Assembly: GCF_004010195.1 (NCBI RefSeq)
Contig: NC_057756.1
Location: 6,676,788-6,703,226, forward strand
DNA from: Chiloscyllium plagiosum
Lineage: Eukaryota
Direction: 5' to 3'
Length of the DNA: 26,439 nt
Below the pieces are notes generated by a model that was given only the letters and a program-made list of their open reading frames with translations, did no database searches and was not told the DNA's origin. The position numbers were made by a program, and so were the translations under genes. This document shows positions 21,420 through 26,439 of the stretch, piece after piece (positions within the stretch are counted from its first letter, which is position 1; every line of letters begins with the position of its first letter).

Positions 21420-21710
21420 TCTCTGGATTAACAGCCAAGCAATAATACCAGTAGGCCATCATCTCCCCTTAAAAAGACATGAGGGAGGAAGGATGGAAGG
21501 TCATATTGAGATGGATTACAGTGGAGGTGCACTTGGGTGAAGCCTGAAAACTGGGACTGCTCTGAATCTCATGGAGCTGTGCTGAAATCTCCTACACGAG
21601 GGAGAGAAAAGGCACATTTGTGTACAATAAATTTTCCTCAGTATCAGATGCTGTCAGTTATATTCAGAGACTAAAAAGCTTGGCCTTAGTGTTTAATCTT
21701 TGTTTTGCAG

Positions 21711-21748
21711 AAACTGTTAACCTTGGAAAAGGTCCACCTGCCTCCAAG
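21711..21748 (+). CDS. Internal exon G (38 nt, phase 1->0): ETVNLGKGPPASK
   Basis: Acceptor tctttgttttgcAG, donor AAG|GTAGGA; links exon F to the terminal exon in frame. Confidence 0.75.
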
Positions 21749-22034
21749 GTAGGAGCTTAAAGTTGTGATATAATCTGCAGAAGATTTGTTAAGTTGGCAA
21801 AGGACACTGGTGTCAGTCTATTTTTACAGCAAGCCTAGTTATCTTTACCCATGTTCCATGATCCTCTTTGATATGTTGAGGGGTACCGACACAATTGACT
21901 GCGGTGAGGCCTAAGGTTAGACCAATCCTGGGTGGACATTCTGTGTTCCTGATATTGCTCCCATCTTGCTGCCAAGCTTCATAACGTCCCTTAAGCAGGA
22001 GTAAAGCAAGGAGTGCGGAACAGGTAGACAATAA

Positions 22035-22795
22035 GACTGTAAGAAATAGGAGCAGCCAGAGGCCATTCGGCCCCTCAATCCTGCACCACCATTCAAATGG
22101 ATCATTGGCTGGTCACGTACACTCTCCTGCCCTTTCCCCACAACCCTTAATGATCCAAGTGAGTAAGAATCTATATAATGTATAGGGAGGGAAACTGCCA
22201 TCATTACCTGGTCTGGCCCACATGTGACTCCAGCCCCATAGTAATATGGTTGACTCTTAACTGCCCTCTGGGTAATTAGGGATGGGCAATAAATACTGGT
22301 CTAGCCAGCCACGCCCACGTCCCCATAATGAATAAAAATACCTCAGCCTTAAACATGCAGACATACTCTGCACCCACAGCTCTCTGCAACACGGAGTTCC
22401 AAAGATTCACAACCATCTGAGAGAAGACGTTCCTCCTCATCTCAGTCTTAAACTTGCGTCCATTTATTCTGGGACTGTGCCTTCTGGTCCTAGACTCTCT
22501 CCTGATGGGAAATAGTACTTACCCTGGAAAAGCCCCTTAAGAATCCTATGTATGGTTCAATGAGATCACCTCTCATTCTTCCCAATTCCAATGGGTAGAG
22601 CTCTCATCTGTTTAATCTTTGCTGACAAGATCCAACTGATCAAGAATCTAGTTAATCTATAGGGAAAGAAACTGTCATCCTGACCTGGTCTGGCCCACTT
22701 GTGACTGCAGACCCACAGTAATATGGTTGACTCTTAACTGTCCTCTAGGTAACCACAAGACAATCCCTCCATACCTGGGATCATCCGAGTGAACT
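22035..22795 (-). mobile_element. CR1-type LINE 3' fragment carrying two + strand SINE 3' pieces (22185-22340, 22660-22752)
   Basis: gaaataggagcag...ggccattcggcccctc terminus, gagttccaaagattcacaacc, tgagatcacctctcattcttc. Confidence 0.75.
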
Positions 22796-23012
22796 CAGTG
22801 AGGTAGCTCAGTGTTCAGCAGGAAAGGGGGTAAGTGTAATGCATGAATTTCAGTCTTGTATCAGCACGGATGGACTGATTTCATGTTGCCTGTTTAGCAA
22901 TAGAATGTACACAGTGTGACAGGGGGTGGTGTAACAGTGTCTGTGGGATTTTGAATTGAGTTGCCGGATCTTTGATGATAGTCCAGGTAATATTAATCCA
23001 TTTACTTTTCAG

Positions 23013-23126
23013 CTGAGTGAACTTCCCTGTCATTATGTCGACCTGCAACATCCAGACACTGGCTCCAAATCCAGCGATGTAATTCCCACCAAGCATGCAC
23101 CCCAATATACTTCTCTGAAATTCTAA
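23013..23126 (+). CDS. Terminal coding exon (phase 0): LSELPCHYVDLQHPDTGSKSSDVIPTKHAPQYTSLKF*, two YxxL motifs
   Basis: Branch-point-like tattaat, acceptor tttacttttcAG, 37 codons then TAA at 23124-23126; tyrosines 24 aa apart; phase matches exon G. Confidence 0.8.
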   Translation: MSELPCHYVDLQHPDTGSKSSDVIPTKHAPQYTSLKF

Positions 23127-23317
23127 CCACTGGGATGTCTTCACCAGACCCTGTTTGTGTATTATCTCTGTTGCACCTCTCACTTTGGAAATTTGCATGA
23201 TACTCCAGGACCATTTCTGATACGTGGATGTCATCAGAATTCCTTCACCTGCCTCTGCCAGATTCTTGCCCGAGCCATGAATACCCGCGCCCTCTCTCTC
23301 TCTCTCCTATTTATGGA

Positions 23318-23530
23318 GTGTGAAAGCCAGCCATTTGGCCCATCGAGTCCACACTGACCCTCTGAAGAGCATCCCATTCAGACCCACTCCGCTACATTTC
23401 CGGTGGCTAATCCATCTAATCTACACATCCCTGGATACCATTGGCAGTTTAGCACGGCCAATCCACCTGACCGGCATGTGTATGGACCATCAGAGGAAAC
23501 TCACACAAACAGAGGAAGACTCCTGCACAC
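23318..23530 (-). mobile_element. Degenerate HE1 SINE fragment within the putative 3' UTR
   Basis: gtccacactgaccctctgaagagcatccca, tttagcacggccaatccacctgac. Confidence 0.75.
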
Positions 23531-23760
23531 AATCCATGTTTGTTGGCTTCTTTAAAAAAGAATCCACAGAAATTGCTGGAGAAACTCAGTGAGTCAGGCA
23601 GCAACGGTCAGGAGATAACAAAATTTTGAATCCAGTGGCTCCTCATTGTCTCCGGACTCCTTTCCCGACCTCTCACTTTGGCACACACTCCTTAAGGCTT
23701 GTCAATTGATCCCAATTTGTGGAAGGTCCCTGACAAAATGAGTTTCTGTCTGAGTTTTAA

Positions 23761-23766
23761 AATAAA
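23761..23766 (+). promoter_or_regulatory. Candidate polyadenylation signal AATAAA of the receptor-like gene
   Basis: First AATAAA I found downstream of the stop at 23126; others occur near 25187 and 25283. Confidence 0.4.
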
Positions 23767-23786
23767 ACCCACATGACCCACATGAG

Positions 23787-24438
23787 GGTTACCTCAAACT
23801 ACAACAGGATCTTGACCAGATGGGCCAATGGGCTGAGAAGTGGCAGATGGAGTTTAATTCAGATAAATGCGAGGTGCTGATTTTGGGAAAGCAAATCTTA
23901 GCAGGACTTATACACTTAATGGTAAGGTCCAAGGGGGTGTTGCTGAACAAAGAGACCTTGGAGTGCAGGTTCATAGCTTCTTGAAAGTGGAGTCGCAGGT
24001 AGATAGGATAGTGAAGAAGGTGTTTGGTATGCTTTCCTTTATTGGTCAGAGTATTGAGTACAGGAGCTGGGAGGTCATGTTGCGGTTGTACAGGACATTG
24101 GTTAGGCCACTGTTGGAATATTGCGTGCAATTCTGGTCTCCTTTCTATCGGAAAGATGTTGTGAAACTTGAAAGGGTTCAGAAAAGATTTACAAGGATGT
24201 TGCCGGGTTGGAGGATCTGGTGTATGGAATGAGCTGCCAGAGGATGTGGTGGAGGCTGGTACAATTGCAACATTTAAGAGGCATTTCGATGGGTATATGA
24301 ATAGGAAGGGTTTGGAGGGATATGGGCCGGGTGCTGGCAGGTGGGACTGGATTGGGTTGGGATATCTGGTCGGCATGGACGGGTTGGACCGAAGCATGTT
24401 TCCGTGCTGTACATCTCTGTGACTCTGTGACTCTATGA
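23787..24438 (+). mobile_element. Young 5'-truncated CR1/HER1-type LINE (RT C-terminus) with internal deletion
   Basis: LQQDLDQMGQWAEKWQMEFN then ORF 23867..24232 QRDLGV...LYRTLVRPLLEYCVQFWSP...LERVQKRFTRMLPG; (ctctgtga)n tail. Confidence 0.92.
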
Positions 24439-24824
24439 CATCCCAAAGCAATTTCTGGTTGATCAGGGATGACATGTGCCTTGAACCTGAAACGTGGCAC
24501 GTTTGGGGAATGCCCCTGCCACACTGAGTGAGACCATTTCCTGGTCAGGGAGACAGATCAGATATTGTTGGATGCAAATCGATGTGTGTTTTTAGCTCTT
24601 TATTGACCAATTCCAGCAACAGTAGCAGATGGAGGGAAACCTCCATGAAATGGCTCTTGTCCTCCAAGCGGGTAGTGTTGGGAATTGCAGGGTTTCTGAT
24701 GAGCAGCAGAGGGCGCTTGTGGCTCATCAACTTCTCATTGATCTGCAGTACACCAGCTCTGCCGTGTAGTTGCAAACCCTCCCCTCCTGCTGGGATTTAT
24801 GGAAATTCTCTTCATGAATATTTA

Positions 24825-25140
24825 GATTAGATTCTAATTAGGGAATCTCCTACAGTATGGAAACAGGCCCTTCAGACCAACAAATCCACACCGACTCTCT
24901 GAAGACTAACACATGCAGGCTCATTTCCCTACCCTATATTTACCCCAACTAATGCACCTAACACTGTGTGTTGATTCACCAGGATTGTGGGAGGAAACTG
25001 CAGCACCCAGAGGAAACCCCACACAGACACGGGGAGAATGTGCAAACTCCACACAGACAGTTGCCCTGAGGTGGGAATCGAACCCGGGTTCCTGACGCTG
25101 CGAGGCAGCAGTGCGAACCACTGAGCCACCGTGCCACCCC
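24825..25140 (-). mobile_element. Near full-length HE1-type SINE
   Basis: Minus strand gggtggcacggtggctcagtggttcgcactgctgcc...gggttcgattccc...; (aatct)n tail. Confidence 0.92.
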
Positions 25141-26029
25141 CAAGTTTAATGCCCGGTTTCACTAGGTGACCCCCAAAAAATGGCCAAATAAAAGGAACAA
25201 ACTGGAAGAAGGTGTACCCACAATTGGGTAAAACTCAAAGCTTGCGGGTTCATTGTGTAAAAAATCTTGTGTTAATCTGTGGAATAAAAGTGTGTTCATT
25301 TGGGTAAAAAATTTGAATCAATCTGTGCAAAACTCTTTAATTTGAGAAAAAGCCTGTGCAGATCTGGGCAAAAATGTGGTATCCGTTTGTACAAAGAATG
25401 TGGGTTAAGTTGTGTAAATGTCTTGTGTCAGTTTGTGTTGTGAGTGTGTGCCCAGGGGCTGCCCAGGGTTTGAATCTGCAGCTTTGTGTCTGTGTGTATT
25501 CCCAGGCTGGGTCCAGTGACAGGAGATGGAGATAAGGACAGGGACAGAGTGGGACAGCCCTGGTCTAAACCTGCTGCTTTCTCCCAGGCACCCCCCAAAT
25601 CCACAAAGATGACGGTTGGTGTGTTCCATACCTGTGACCTGTGGGAGGTGTGTTCCAGGTAATGGAGCTGGGAGCTGACTGGATGAGCTGGGAGTTGGGA
25701 GGAAATGGGATTTGAGTGACAGACATGGGTGGGGGGAGGTACTTAAACCTGGCTTAGGCTGCCATGAGCCTTTTACCATGTGGAGTGACCAAGGGTGGGT
25801 ATTAGGGTGTTACTGTCTCTCTTGCTCTGTCTGTGAGTGAGAATGTGGGTTGTGTTTGAATGTCATCCTGTTTTGGATCTTAGAAGCTTCCCCAAAGCAG
25901 GCTCTGTCCCTGATGGGGGACACATGCACAGAGAGAGAGAGAGAGACCATGGAGAGGGAGCTGGGACCTGCTGGAATAGTGAAGATGGTCTCCTTCCCCT
26001 CTCCATGTCTCTCCTTGCCTCATCTTTGT

Positions 26030-26439
26030 CTCTACCTCTCTTTTCCCTTCCATCTCTCTTTCATTTCTCGTGTCTATCTCTGTTCACTATCTCTCTCTGT
26101 GTCTGTCTGTCTGTCTTTTTCTGTGTTGTGTGTGTGTGTGTGTCTCTCTCTCTCTGTGTTCTGTGTGTGTCTCTGTATGTTCTGTGCGTGTCTCTGTGTC
26201 TGTGTGTCTCTCTCTCTCTTTGTGTCTGTGTGTATGTGTGTCTCTCTCTCTGTCTCCCCCTCACTGTGTGTGTGTGTCTCTCTCTCTGTCTCCCCCTCAC
26301 TCTGTGTGTGTGTGTGTGTGTGTCTCTCTCTCTGTCTCCCCCTCATTGTGTGTGTGTCTCTCTCTCTGTCTCCCCCTGACACCCCCATGTGTCTGTCTCT
26401 CTCTCTCTCTTTGTCTCCCCCTGCCACTCCCATGTGTGT
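26030..26439. repeat. Compound (CT)n/(GT)n microsatellite grading into a tctctctctgtctccccctcactgtgtgtg minisatellite
   Basis: Direct inspection; accounts for the low-complexity ORFs at 25837-26433. Confidence 0.95.

Larger units (their letters stand above)
20660..21468 (-). mobile_element. LINE tail (HGLQQFKKAAHLHLLK) plus second-family SINE, interrupted by a PLE insert
   Basis: Track ORF 20663..20854; cattgctgtgggtctggagtcacatgtaggccagaccagg; SINE head resumes at 21421. Confidence 0.75.

Noticed and set aside
19562..23126. Assigning a gene symbol (CEACAM1, CD22/Siglec, SIRP, LILRB, PECAM1)
   Set aside because: Only architecture and short motifs match; no recognisable orthologous sequence or domain in the window
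23789..24475. Longest ORF (228 aa, minus strand)
   Set aside because: Antisense shadow of the CR1 fragment on the + strand
25837..26433. Hydrophobic Cys/Val/Leu/Ser-rich and Arg/Thr/His-rich ORFs
   Set aside because: Translations of CT/GT microsatellite

Overview
Eukaryotic (vertebrate) genomic DNA, almost certainly from a shark: it is dense with HE1-type tRNA-derived SINEs, CR1/HER1-type LINE 3' fragments, Penelope-like elements (PLEs), Rex1/Babar-like tails and two TA-flanked MITEs. Most ORFs in the six-frame track are repeat-derived or spurious. Between the repeats lie short + strand exons with canonical AG/GT boundaries (1948-2013, 8120-8185, possibly 13071-13127, 15756-15808, 18578-18613, 19562-19618, 21711-21748, and terminal 23013-23126). 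They splice into a stop-free C-terminus ending ...PIYAAVKKK...CHYVDL...PQYTSLKF*. This looks like the cytoplasmic tail of a tyrosine-motif (ITIM-like) receptor whose extracellular and transmembrane exons would lie upstream of the window. The frame of the last three exons is well supported; the frame of the upstream exons is ambiguous. The PLE termini carry minimal hammerhead-ribozyme cores and form palindromic insertions, two of them with 15-bp target-site duplications. There is one 75-N assembly gap. All identifications are by eye; no searches were run.
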